The position numbers and the translations under genes were made by a program. The notes beneath the pieces are model-generated. The model saw nothing but the letters and a program-made list of their open reading frames with translations. It was not told the origin of the DNA and did no database searches. Positions 47,533-56,575 of a DNA stretch of 64,000 nt are shown here, piece after piece (position 1 is the stretch's first letter; every line of letters begins with the position of its first letter). Source of the stretch: Capsulimonadaceae bacterium (GTDB lineage Bacteria > Armatimonadota > Armatimonadia > Armatimonadales > Capsulimonadaceae); assembly GCA_965215505.1 (NCBI GenBank), contig OZ244065.1:1248001-1312000 (forward strand), written 5' to 3'.

Positions 47533-47973
47533 TCACTGTTTCTCCACGTCTTTTCCCCCATACGACTTGTGTTCGGGCACCTTCCTGCCAGCGAGGCGGT
47601 CCGGGAGGTCGGCCACCAGGTCCGGCGGCAGCAGGGGAATGAACTTGTAATAGATGCCGACCTTGCGCGTCCGCTCGACGAGTCGCGCTTCCAGGTCCGG
47701 CTCGGTCAGGACGTGCCGCAAGGCCCGTTCGGCGACATGAAGATGGCGGGCGGCCTCGGGGATGGACAGGAGTAGGGGCGGCGCAAGCGCGTGACTCGTC
47801 AGGGCGCGCAGTTCCTGAGACTCCGCGCGCGCCTCGGCGGCCCGAGCTTTCAGGTGGGCAGCCTGATGCACTAAGGCGGAGGCGTCCTTCACGAGCGCCT
47901 TCGCCGCCGTTTGAGTTTCCTGCACGGCTTCTTTCAGCCGCTTCCGGTCTTCCCCATCGCTTTTGCCAGCCAT
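47533..47973 (-). CDS. Hypothetical protein (coiled coil + possible HTH)
   Basis: LSIPEAARHLHVAERALR resembles an excisionase-type HTH. Extended -10 lies just upstream. Confidence 0.55.
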   Translation of the reverse strand: MAGKSDGEDRKRLKEAVQETQTAAKALVKDASALVHQAAHLKARAAEARAESQELRALTSHALAPPLLLSIPEAARHLHVAERALRHVLTEPDLEARLVERTRKVGIYYKFIPLLPPDLVADLPDRLAGRKVPEHKSYGGKDVEKQ

Positions 47974-48152
47974 ATCTTATCATACCATCGGCTTCGGCTT
48001 TTTGCTCAACTCCCGGCAACACAGGAGAAGTTTATTTCGGCACGGACCAGCGGCGGCGGGCGGGCTGTTAGAAATACGGGCGAGGAGGGTAGAAGAAGCT
48101 CAGTATGAAAGACCCGCAAGGCCGGACGGCCTCTGGGCACGAATGGGTAGAC

Positions 48153-49271
48153 ATGAGCAAACACGTCTTGATCACCGGCGGCGCGGGCTTCATCGGCTCG
48201 CACGTCGCCCGTGAGCTGCTGCGCCGGGGCTACTCGGTCCGCGCGCTGGACAACCTTTCCCCCCAGGTCCACGGGCCGGAACAGAAGCGGCCCGTGTATC
48301 TGGAGTCCGGCGTGGAGCTGATTGTGGGCGACGTGCGTGACCCGGCCACGGTGCAGAAGGCGCTCAAAGGGGTGGACGCCGTCTACCACCTTGCCGCCCT
48401 GGTCGGGGTGGGCCAGAGCATGTACGAGATCGCCCGCTACACCGACGTCAACAACTCCGGCACGGCCACACTTCTGGAAGCTTTGATAGAGAGGCCGGTC
48501 GAGAGGCTGGTCGTCGCCTCCAGCATGAGCATCTACGGCGAGGGGCTGTATCACGCGCCCGACGGGTCGCCGGTTTCGGGGACCGAGCGCGGCCTGCCCC
48601 AGCTCCAGCGCGGCGACTGGGAGGTGCGTGACGCGGCGGGCGCGGCCCTGACGCCGGTTCCGACGCCCGAGTCCAAGACGCCCTCGCTGGCCTCCGTCTA
48701 CGCGCTCTCCAAATACGACCAGGAGCGGATGTGCCTGATCGTGGGCCGGGCGTACCACATCCCCACCGTCGCCCTGCGCTTCTTCAACGTCTTCGGCACC
48801 GATCAGGCGCTCTCCAACCCCTATACCGGCGTCCTCGCCATTTTCGCCTCGCGCTACCTCAACGGGCGGCCCCCGGTCATCTTCGAGGACGGCTGCCAGC
48901 GGCGCGACTTCGTGAGCGTCCTGGATGTCGCCCGCGCCTGCCGCCTGGCCCTGGAAACGCCTGAAGCCGACGGGCAGGTCTTCAACGTCGGCAGCGGTCA
49001 GTCCTACGCCGTCGAGGAGATCGCCGCGCGCATGGCCCGGACTCTGGGCATGGAACACCTCCGGCCGGAGATCTCGGGCAAGTACCGGGCGGGCGACATC
49101 CGCCACTGTTTCGCCGACATCACGCAGGCCCGGCGGGTGCTGGGCTATGCGCCCGAGGTCACGCTCGAAGACGGGCTGCGCGAGATCGCGGGCTGGCTGG
49201 AAGGGCAGGTGGCCCAGGACCGCGTCGCCGAGGCGGGGGCGGAACTCGCGAAGCGGGGGCTGACCGTATGA
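48153..49271 (+). CDS. NAD-dependent epimerase/dehydratase
   Basis: TGGAGFIGS, YALSK, RFFNVFG. Confidence 0.92.
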   Translation: MSKHVLITGGAGFIGSHVARELLRRGYSVRALDNLSPQVHGPEQKRPVYLESGVELIVGDVRDPATVQKALKGVDAVYHLAALVGVGQSMYEIARYTDVNNSGTATLLEALIERPVERLVVASSMSIYGEGLYHAPDGSPVSGTERGLPQLQRGDWEVRDAAGAALTPVPTPESKTPSLASVYALSKYDQERMCLIVGRAYHIPTVALRFFNVFGTDQALSNPYTGVLAIFASRYLNGRPPVIFEDGCQRRDFVSVLDVARACRLALETPEADGQVFNVGSGQSYAVEEIAARMARTLGMEHLRPEISGKYRAGDIRHCFADITQARRVLGYAPEVTLEDGLREIAGWLEGQVAQDRVAEAGAELAKRGLTV

Positions 49272-50338
49272 ACGACCTTCAAGGCCCCGTCCTCATCACC
49301 GGCGGGGCGGGCTTCGTCGGCACGAACCTGGCCCACCGGTATCTTTCGCAGGGCGTCCCCGTGCGCGTGTACGACAACCTCTCGCGGGCGGGGGTCGAGC
49401 AGAACGCGCGGTGGCTCCGGGAGACGCACGGGAACCTGGTCGAGGTCGATGCCGCCGACGTGCGCGACGCCGCCCGGCTGCGGCGGGCCGTCCGGGGCGT
49501 CTCACGAGTCTTTCACCTCGCGGCCCAGGTGGCCGTCACGACGAGTCTGATTGACCCCGTCGAAGACTTCGAAGTCAACGCGCGTGGGACTTTGAACCTG
49601 CTGGAAGCCATCCGGGCGTGTGACGCGCCCCCGCCGCTCCTCTTCACCTCCACGAACAAGGTCTATGGGGGCCTGCCGGACGTGGGCTTGCGGGTCCGGG
49701 GCGCGCGCTACGAGCCGGAAGACGAGGCCGTCCGCGCGCGCGGCATCGGCGAGGCCCGCCCCCTCGACTTCCACTCCCCCTACGGCTGCTCGAAGGGCGC
49801 GGCGGACCAGTACGTCCTGGACTACGCCCGGACCTACGGGCTGCCGGCCGCCGTTTTACGCATGAGCTGCATCTACGGCCCGCACCAGTTCGGGACGGAG
49901 GACCAGGGCTGGGTCGCGCACTTCCTGATCCGCGCGCTGGAAGGCAGGCCGATCACGCTGTACGGGGATGGGAAACAGGTGCGGGACATCCTGTACGTCG
50001 GGGACCTGGTGAACGCCTTCGTGCTGGCCCAGGAGCAGATCGAGACGCTGTCCGGGCAGGCGTTCAACATCGGCGGCGGCGCGGCCAACACGGTCAGCCT
50101 GCTCGACCTGCTCGGGCTGATTGGCGAGGCCTACGGGCGCGCGCCCGAAGTCGGCTTTGATGACTGGCGGCCCGGCGACCAGAGGTACTACGTCTCCGAC
50201 ACGCGCAAATTCCAGGCTGCGACCGGCTGGACCGCCGAAACCGACGTCGTGGAGGGCATCGAGCGTCTGGCGCGCTGGCTGTGCGAGGCGCGCGGGCTGC
50301 TCCACCCTTCGGCGGCCCGCGCAAAGGAGTCCGCATGA
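49268..50338 (+). CDS. SDR epimerase, CDP-paratose 2-epimerase-like
   Basis: TGGAGFVG, AAQVAVTTS, STNKVYG, SPYGCSKG, EDQGWVAHF. Confidence 0.9.
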   Translation: MNDLQGPVLITGGAGFVGTNLAHRYLSQGVPVRVYDNLSRAGVEQNARWLRETHGNLVEVDAADVRDAARLRRAVRGVSRVFHLAAQVAVTTSLIDPVEDFEVNARGTLNLLEAIRACDAPPPLLFTSTNKVYGGLPDVGLRVRGARYEPEDEAVRARGIGEARPLDFHSPYGCSKGAADQYVLDYARTYGLPAAVLRMSCIYGPHQFGTEDQGWVAHFLIRALEGRPITLYGDGKQVRDILYVGDLVNAFVLAQEQIETLSGQAFNIGGGAANTVSLLDLLGLIGEAYGRAPEVGFDDWRPGDQRYYVSDTRKFQAATGWTAETDVVEGIERLARWLCEARGLLHPSAARAKESA

Positions 50339-51303
50339 CAGGCACGATGCGCGCCGCCGTCCTGACGGCCCCCGGCGGGATGGGCGTCCAGGAGGTTTCC
50401 ATCCCCATGCCCGGTCCGGCCGAGATCCGTGTGCGCCTGGAGGGCTGCGGCGTCTGCGCCTCCAACCTGCCGCCCTGGGAGGGCCGCGAGTGGTTCACCT
50501 ACCCGATGGAGCCGGGTGCGCTCGGCCATGAGGGCTGGGGCGTGGTGGACGCCGTCGGCAAGGACGTTTCCGGCCTCGCCGCCGGGGACCGCGTCGCCAT
50601 GCTGTCCGGCCACGCCTACGCCGAGTATGATGTGGCCGACCAGGGCGCGGTCGTCAAGCTGCCCGCGTCGCTGGCCGGGATGCCCTTCCCCGGCGAGCCG
50701 CTGGGGTGCGCCGTGAACATCTTCCGGCGCAGCGAGATAAAGCCGGGGCAGACCGTTGCCATCGTGGGTGTCGGGTTCCTGGGCGCACTGCTGGCGCGGC
50801 TGGTGACGGACGCGGGGGCGACGGTCATCGCCATCGCCCGCCGCCCGTTCGCGCAGGAAATGGCCCAGCGCATGGAGGCGGCGCACGTCCTGCCGATGGA
50901 CGACCACTGGCAGATCATCGAGCGAGTCAAGGCGCTGACCGGCGGCACGTTCTGCGACGTCGTGATCGAGGCGGTCGGCAAACAATGGCCTCTGGACCTG
51001 TCCGCCGAGCTGACCCGCGAGCGCGGGCGGCTGATCATCGCGGGCTACCATCAGGACGGCCTGCGGTCGGTCAACATGCAGCTATGGAACTGGCGCGGCC
51101 TGGACGTCATCAACGCCCACGAGCGCGACCCGCTGATGTATACCGGCGGCATCCGGCTGGCCGTAGACGCGGTGGCGGGCGGCGTCCTGGACCCGGCTCC
51201 CCTGTACACACACACGTTCCCGCTGGAACGGCTGGGCGAGGCTTTGAACGCGACGCGGGACCGGCCCGAAGGCTTTATGAAGGCTCTGGTGACGCTCTCG
51301 TGA
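50335..51303 (+). CDS. Zinc-binding (MDR) dehydrogenase
   Basis: GCGVCAS, GHEG, GVGFLG. Confidence 0.9.
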   Translation: MTGTMRAAVLTAPGGMGVQEVSIPMPGPAEIRVRLEGCGVCASNLPPWEGREWFTYPMEPGALGHEGWGVVDAVGKDVSGLAAGDRVAMLSGHAYAEYDVADQGAVVKLPASLAGMPFPGEPLGCAVNIFRRSEIKPGQTVAIVGVGFLGALLARLVTDAGATVIAIARRPFAQEMAQRMEAAHVLPMDDHWQIIERVKALTGGTFCDVVIEAVGKQWPLDLSAELTRERGRLIIAGYHQDGLRSVNMQLWNWRGLDVINAHERDPLMYTGGIRLAVDAVAGGVLDPAPLYTHTFPLERLGEALNATRDRPEGFMKALVTLS

Positions 51304-52385
51304 CGCGCCTCCTGATGACGGGCGACGCGGTCGGCGGCGTCTGGACTTATGCCCTGGACCTCGCCCGCGCGCTGGCTCCGCATGGCGTCTCGGTCGCACT
51401 CGCCACGATGGGGCCGCCGCCGACCCCAGCACAGCGCGATGAGGCCGCCGCCGTGCCCGGCCTGACCCTGCACCCGTCTTCCTTCGCCCTGGAATGGATG
51501 CCTGCCCCCTGGGAGGACGTCGCCCGCGCCGGGGACTGGCTGCGGGGTCTGGAAGATGACTTGCGGCCGGACCTCATCCACCTGAACGGCTACGCCCATG
51601 GCGCTCTGCCCTGGCGCGCGCCCGTGCTGGTGGCGGGTCACTCGTGCGTCCTGTCGTGGTGGCGGGCCGTCCACGGTGAGGACGCCCCGCCCGCCTGGGA
51701 CCGCTATCGAGCGGAGGTCCGGTGCGGGCTGCGGGCGGCGGGCCGTGTGGTCGCCCCGACGCGGGCGATTCTGGACGCGCTCCAAACGCTGTACGGCCCG
51801 TTCGCCGCCGGGCAGGTCGTCCCGAACGGCCGAAACCCGGCCGCCTTCGCGCCCGGCGAGAAACAGCCGTTCGTTTTCAGCGCCGGGCGGCTCTGGGACG
51901 AGGCCAAGAACATCGGCGCGCTGGACGCAGCGGCGCGCGGGCTGGCCTGGCCGGTCCTGGTCGCGGGAGACACGGCGCACCCCAGCGGCCAGACGGTGAC
52001 GCCCGCCCATGTGCGGCTCCTCGGCTGCCTGACGCCGGCCCAGATCGCCGGGCGGCTGGCGCGGGCCGCCATCTACGCCCTCCCCGCGCGCTATGAGCCG
52101 TTCGGCCTGTCGGCCCTGGAGGCCGGGCTATCCGGCTGCGCCCTCGTGCTGGGCGACATCCCGAGCCTGCGCGAAGTCTGGGGTGAGGCGGCCCTGTTCG
52201 TCCCGCCGGATGATCCTGATGCCCTGCGCGGCGCGCTCTGCCGCCTCATCCAGGACGAGTGCCTGCGCGCTGCGATGAGAGAGCGCGCCCGCTCCCGCGC
52301 GCAGACCTACACGTTGGAGCGCATGGCCGGGGGCTATTTAGCTGCCTATTGGGCGCTGCTTCAGGAGAATGCCGTTTGCGCCTAG
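51300..52385 (+). CDS. Glycosyltransferase family 4
   Basis: DAVGGVWTY, GRLWDEAKN, YEPFGLSALEA. GTG overlaps the upstream stop. Confidence 0.9.
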   Translation: MTRLLMTGDAVGGVWTYALDLARALAPHGVSVALATMGPPPTPAQRDEAAAVPGLTLHPSSFALEWMPAPWEDVARAGDWLRGLEDDLRPDLIHLNGYAHGALPWRAPVLVAGHSCVLSWWRAVHGEDAPPAWDRYRAEVRCGLRAAGRVVAPTRAILDALQTLYGPFAAGQVVPNGRNPAAFAPGEKQPFVFSAGRLWDEAKNIGALDAAARGLAWPVLVAGDTAHPSGQTVTPAHVRLLGCLTPAQIAGRLARAAIYALPARYEPFGLSALEAGLSGCALVLGDIPSLREVWGEAALFVPPDDPDALRGALCRLIQDECLRAAMRERARSRAQTYTLERMAGGYLAAYWALLQENAVCA

Positions 52386-53461
52386 TCTATTTCACCCATT
52401 CACTGCTGTCTGACTGGAACCACGGTAACGCCCACTTCCTGCGCGGCGTGCTGTCCGAATTGCAGGCGCGCGGCCATGACGTGCGCGTGTACGAGCCGGA
52501 GAACGCCTGGAGCCTGCAAAACCTGCTCGCCGACGCCGGGCCGTCCGCCGTGGGGGGCTTCCGGGAGGCGTACCCGGCGCTCGACAGCACCCGATACGAT
52601 CTGCGGACGATCCGCCTGGATGCGGCTCTTGACGGCGCAGACCTGGTGATCGTCCACGAGTGGAACGCGCATGCCCTCGTCCACCGCATCGGCGCACACC
52701 GGGCGCGCGTGGGCGGCTACAGACTGCTGTTCCATGACACGCACCACCGGGCCGTCACTGACCGCAAGGGCATGGCGGCCTATGACCTGAGCCGCTATGA
52801 CGGCGTCCTGGCCTTCGGGAATGTCATCCGCGACCTGTACCTCAGCGCCCGCTGGGCCAGGCGGGCCTGGACCTGGCACGAGGCCGCGGACACGCGCGTT
52901 TTCCACCCGATCTCAGGCGTCGCGAAAGAAGGCGCCCTGGTCTGGATCGGCAACTGGGGCGATGACGAGCGCACCCAGGAACTGCACGAATTCCTTCTAG
53001 GGCCAGTCCACGACTTGCGCCTGAAGGCGCGCGTTCACGGCGTCCGCTATCCGGCGGCGGCGAAGAAGGCGCTCGCCGAGGCCGGCATCGAGTACGCCGG
53101 CTGGCTGCCCAACTACCGGGCACCGGAGGTGTTCGCCAGGTACAGGATGACGGTCCACGTCCCGCGCCGACCGTACACGCGCGCCCTGCCCGGCATCCCG
53201 ACGATCCGCATCTTTGAGGCGCTGGCCTGCGGCATCCCGCTGATCTCTGCGCCCTGGGACGACGCCGAAGGGCTGTTCACGCCCGGCAGAGACTTCCTGG
53301 TCGCCCGCGACGGGGCGGAGATGCGGGCGCAGATGGCGGCCCTGCTGGCGGATGAAGGACTGGCGGCGGCGGTGGCAGCGCACGGGCTGGAAACCATCAA
53401 AGCGCGGCACACCTGCGCGCACCGGGTGGATGAGCTGCTGGGCATCTGGAACGACCTATGA
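52376..53461 (+). CDS. CgeB-family glycosyltransferase
   Basis: SLLSDWNHGNAHFLRG, RIFEALACG, HTCAHR. Confidence 0.88.
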   Translation: MRLVYFTHSLLSDWNHGNAHFLRGVLSELQARGHDVRVYEPENAWSLQNLLADAGPSAVGGFREAYPALDSTRYDLRTIRLDAALDGADLVIVHEWNAHALVHRIGAHRARVGGYRLLFHDTHHRAVTDRKGMAAYDLSRYDGVLAFGNVIRDLYLSARWARRAWTWHEAADTRVFHPISGVAKEGALVWIGNWGDDERTQELHEFLLGPVHDLRLKARVHGVRYPAAAKKALAEAGIEYAGWLPNYRAPEVFARYRMTVHVPRRPYTRALPGIPTIRIFEALACGIPLISAPWDDAEGLFTPGRDFLVARDGAEMRAQMAALLADEGLAAAVAAHGLETIKARHTCAHRVDELLGIWNDL

Positions 53462-54531
53462 ACATCGCCTTCTTCGGCTCCAGCCTCGTGTCCGCTTACT
53501 GGAACGGGGCGGCCACTTATTACCGGGGCGTCATCCGGGCCATGCACGAACGCGGGCACCGGGTCACGTTCTATGAGCCGGACGCTTATGAGCGTCAGCA
53601 GCACCGGGACATGGCCGACCCCGCCTGGGCGCGCGTCGTGGTCTACGCCGGGGAGGGCGAGGCGGGCGTCCGGGCCGCCCTGGAAGACGCGCGCGGGGCT
53701 GATTTGGTGGTGAAGGCCAGCGGCGTCGGCGTTTTCGACGGACTGCTGGAAGCCGCCGTCTTGGACCTGAAGCGCCCCGACACCCTGGTCGCCTTTTGGG
53801 ACGTGGACGCGCCCGCGACACTGGAACGGGTACAGGGGGGCCCGCGCGACCCGTTCCGGCCATTGATTCCGCGCTATGACCTGGTCCTGACTTATGGCGG
53901 CGGCAGCCCCGTCGTGGAGGCATACCGGGCGCTGGGGGCGCGCGAGTGCGTCCCCATCTATAATGCGCTGGACCCGCACACGCACCACCCTGTCGCGCCG
54001 GATGAACGCTTCGCGGCCACGCTGGGCTTTCTGGGGAACCGCCTGCCGGACCGGGAGGCGCGGGTCGAGGAGTTCTTCCTGAAGGCCGCCGCACGGCTGC
54101 CCGATGCGCGGTTCCTGCTCGGCGGGAGCGGCTGGGGGGACAAGGCGATGTCTCCCAATGTCGGGTATGTCGGCCACGTCTACACGCAGGACCATAACGC
54201 CTTCAACTGCACCCCGCGCGCCGTACTGAACGTCAGCCGCGACTCGATGGCGCGGTACGGCTTTTCGCCCGCCACACGGGTCTTTGAGGCGGCGGGAGCG
54301 GGAGCGTGCCTCATCACGGACGCCTGGGAAGGCATCGAGGTGTTCTTCGCGCCTGGACGGGAGATACTGGTGGCGCGCGACGGGGAGGAAGTCGCACGGA
54401 TCGTCCGGGACCTGACGGCGGAGCGGGCGGGCGCGATCGGAAGGGCCGCCCTGGCGCGGGTGCTGGCGGAACACACCTACGCCCACCGGGTCGCGCAGCT
54501 CGAGTCGGTTTTGGAGGCGGCACGGCAATGA
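53458..54531 (+). CDS. CgeB-family glycosyltransferase
   Basis: SAYWNGAATYYRG, RVFEAAGAG, HTYAHR. Confidence 0.88.
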   Translation: MNIAFFGSSLVSAYWNGAATYYRGVIRAMHERGHRVTFYEPDAYERQQHRDMADPAWARVVVYAGEGEAGVRAALEDARGADLVVKASGVGVFDGLLEAAVLDLKRPDTLVAFWDVDAPATLERVQGGPRDPFRPLIPRYDLVLTYGGGSPVVEAYRALGARECVPIYNALDPHTHHPVAPDERFAATLGFLGNRLPDREARVEEFFLKAAARLPDARFLLGGSGWGDKAMSPNVGYVGHVYTQDHNAFNCTPRAVLNVSRDSMARYGFSPATRVFEAAGAGACLITDAWEGIEVFFAPGREILVARDGEEVARIVRDLTAERAGAIGRAALARVLAEHTYAHRVAQLESVLEAARQ

Positions 54532-55613
54532 ATTCCCCTCTGCGTATCGTCATCCTGGGCCTGTCCATCACGTCATCCTGGGGCAACGGTCACGCGACGA
54601 CGTTTCGAGGGCTGGTGCGCGAACTTGCCGCGCGCGGGCATGACGTTCTGTTCCTGGAGCGGGACGTTCCCTGGTATGCCTCGAACCGCGACATGCCCCA
54701 CCCTCCCTACGGGCGGACGGAGCTATACGACAGCCTCGACGACATTGATGAGCGGTTCGCCCCGGACGTCCGCGAGGCGGACGCGGTCATCGTCGGCTCG
54801 TATGTCCCCGAAGGCGTCGCCGTTGGGTCATGGGTGCAGCAGACGGCGCGCGGCATCAAAGCCTTCTATGACATAGACACGCCCGTGACTCTGGCGAAAC
54901 TGGCGCGGGGCGACTACGAGTACATCTCGCCCGCTCTAATTCCCGGCTATGACCTGTACTTATCCTTCGCAGGTGGCTCGGCGCTGACGCGGTTGGAACG
55001 GGATTATGGCTCGCCGCGCGCGCTCCCGTTCTACTGCTCAGTAGACCCCGCCCTCTATGCGCCCGAAGACGCCGCCCCGGAGTGGGACCTGGGCTACATG
55101 GGGACCTACAGCGACGACCGGCAGCCGCCCCTGGACCGGCTGCTGATCGAGCCGGCCCGGCAGTGGCCCGATGGCCGCTTCGTCGTGGCCGGGCCGCAGT
55201 ATCCCGCCCCGATTGAATGGCCGCCGAACGTCGCCCGCATCGAACACCTGCCGCCCGCAGAACACCGGACGTTCTACAACAAGCAGCAGTGGACCCTGAA
55301 CATCACGCGGGCGGACATGGTGGCGGTGGGCTACTCGCCGAGCGTCCGGCTATTCGAGGCCGCCGCCTGCGGCGTCCCCATCCTGAGCGACTACTGGGAG
55401 GGGCTGGAAACATTCTTCGCGCTGGGCACGGAGATCGTGGTCACGCGGTCGTCCGGGGACACGCTGCACGCCCTGCGCGAGACGCCCGAGGCAGAGCGGC
55501 GGCAGATCGGGGCGCGGGCGCGAGCGCGCGTCCTGACCGCGCACACGGCCGCCCACCGGGCGGCGGAACTGGAAGGCTATTTGACCGAGGCAAAGGGAAC
55601 GACGACCCCATGA
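54528..55613 (+). CDS. CgeB-family glycosyltransferase
   Basis: SSWGNGHATTFRG, RLFEAAACG, HTAAHR. Confidence 0.88.
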   Translation: MNSPLRIVILGLSITSSWGNGHATTFRGLVRELAARGHDVLFLERDVPWYASNRDMPHPPYGRTELYDSLDDIDERFAPDVREADAVIVGSYVPEGVAVGSWVQQTARGIKAFYDIDTPVTLAKLARGDYEYISPALIPGYDLYLSFAGGSALTRLERDYGSPRALPFYCSVDPALYAPEDAAPEWDLGYMGTYSDDRQPPLDRLLIEPARQWPDGRFVVAGPQYPAPIEWPPNVARIEHLPPAEHRTFYNKQQWTLNITRADMVAVGYSPSVRLFEAAACGVPILSDYWEGLETFFALGTEIVVTRSSGDTLHALRETPEAERRQIGARARARVLTAHTAAHRAAELEGYLTEAKGTTTP

Positions 55614-56575
55614 GTTTGGCAGAGCCTATGATCTCGGGAGAGGACGATCTGGCCTCCGGGTGGCGGCACATCGCCCCGCACCTCCCCACCGACCTGAACG
55701 GCTGGCGCGCGCTCGACATCGGCTGCGGTGCCGGGTCACACTCGTTCGAGCTGGCGCGGCGGGGCGCACGGGTGACGGGGATCGATACGGATGGGGACCA
55801 TCTCGCCCTCGCGCGTCAGGCATCAGAACGGCTGGGGCTTGCGGCGCGGACCGAGTTCCGGCAGATGCAGGTCTATGACCTGGCCTCGACATGGGAGACG
55901 TATGACTTAGTGCTGTACAGGGGCGACCTCCACCGCCTGCGCTACCCATTGCTCGCCCTGGACATCGCCGCGCGGAAGGCGAAAAGGCTGTTCGTCTTTC
56001 AGGCCCCGGCGGAGGAGGATGAAGCCCTACTGCGCTCCAGCGGGCTGCGTGTCACAGCCCGGCTTGATACCGGAACCTACCTCTGTGAGCCGGACAGGTC
56101 AGGCACCCAGTACGCGGCGGAGTTCGAGGCGGCGACCGGCCTGGGCGCGCGCCTGACGAAGACACTGCACTTCCGGCACTGCTGGGTGAACACCACTTTG
56201 GGCTATACCGAGACATGCTATCACGACGGCACCCGCGTTCCCGCCGTGCCCGGCGGCGGCGACGAATACCGGGCGAAGGCCGCCGAGTTCGGCTACGGCG
56301 ACGACACCGCCGCCCTGTCGCGCGAGCATGAGATATTGCACACGTTCCTGGCGGAAGCCCTGGGCTACGGCACCTCCCCCACCCTCTGGGCCGTCGCGCA
56401 CGGCCAGCAGGGCGGCGTCGCCCCATATTGGGAACAGCTAGAAGAAGAAGCCTGGACCCTGGCGTTCCAGGTCTACCTGCACGGCGGCCCCCACACCGAA
56501 CCTCTGCACCGGTTCACCGACGCCGGGATTGATCTGGAGACGCTGCGCGAGGAAGCGCGGCGGCGGCTGCGCTAG
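55610..56575 (+). CDS. Degenerate class I SAM methyltransferase (TIGR04290-like) fused to a HExxH domain
   Basis: ALDIGCGAG, EFRQMQVYDL, LRYPLLALD. C-terminal domain contains REHEILH. Confidence 0.7.
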   Translation: MSLAEPMISGEDDLASGWRHIAPHLPTDLNGWRALDIGCGAGSHSFELARRGARVTGIDTDGDHLALARQASERLGLAARTEFRQMQVYDLASTWETYDLVLYRGDLHRLRYPLLALDIAARKAKRLFVFQAPAEEDEALLRSSGLRVTARLDTGTYLCEPDRSGTQYAAEFEAATGLGARLTKTLHFRHCWVNTTLGYTETCYHDGTRVPAVPGGGDEYRAKAAEFGYGDDTAALSREHEILHTFLAEALGYGTSPTLWAVAHGQQGGVAPYWEQLEEEAWTLAFQVYLHGGPHTEPLHRFTDAGIDLETLREEARRRLR

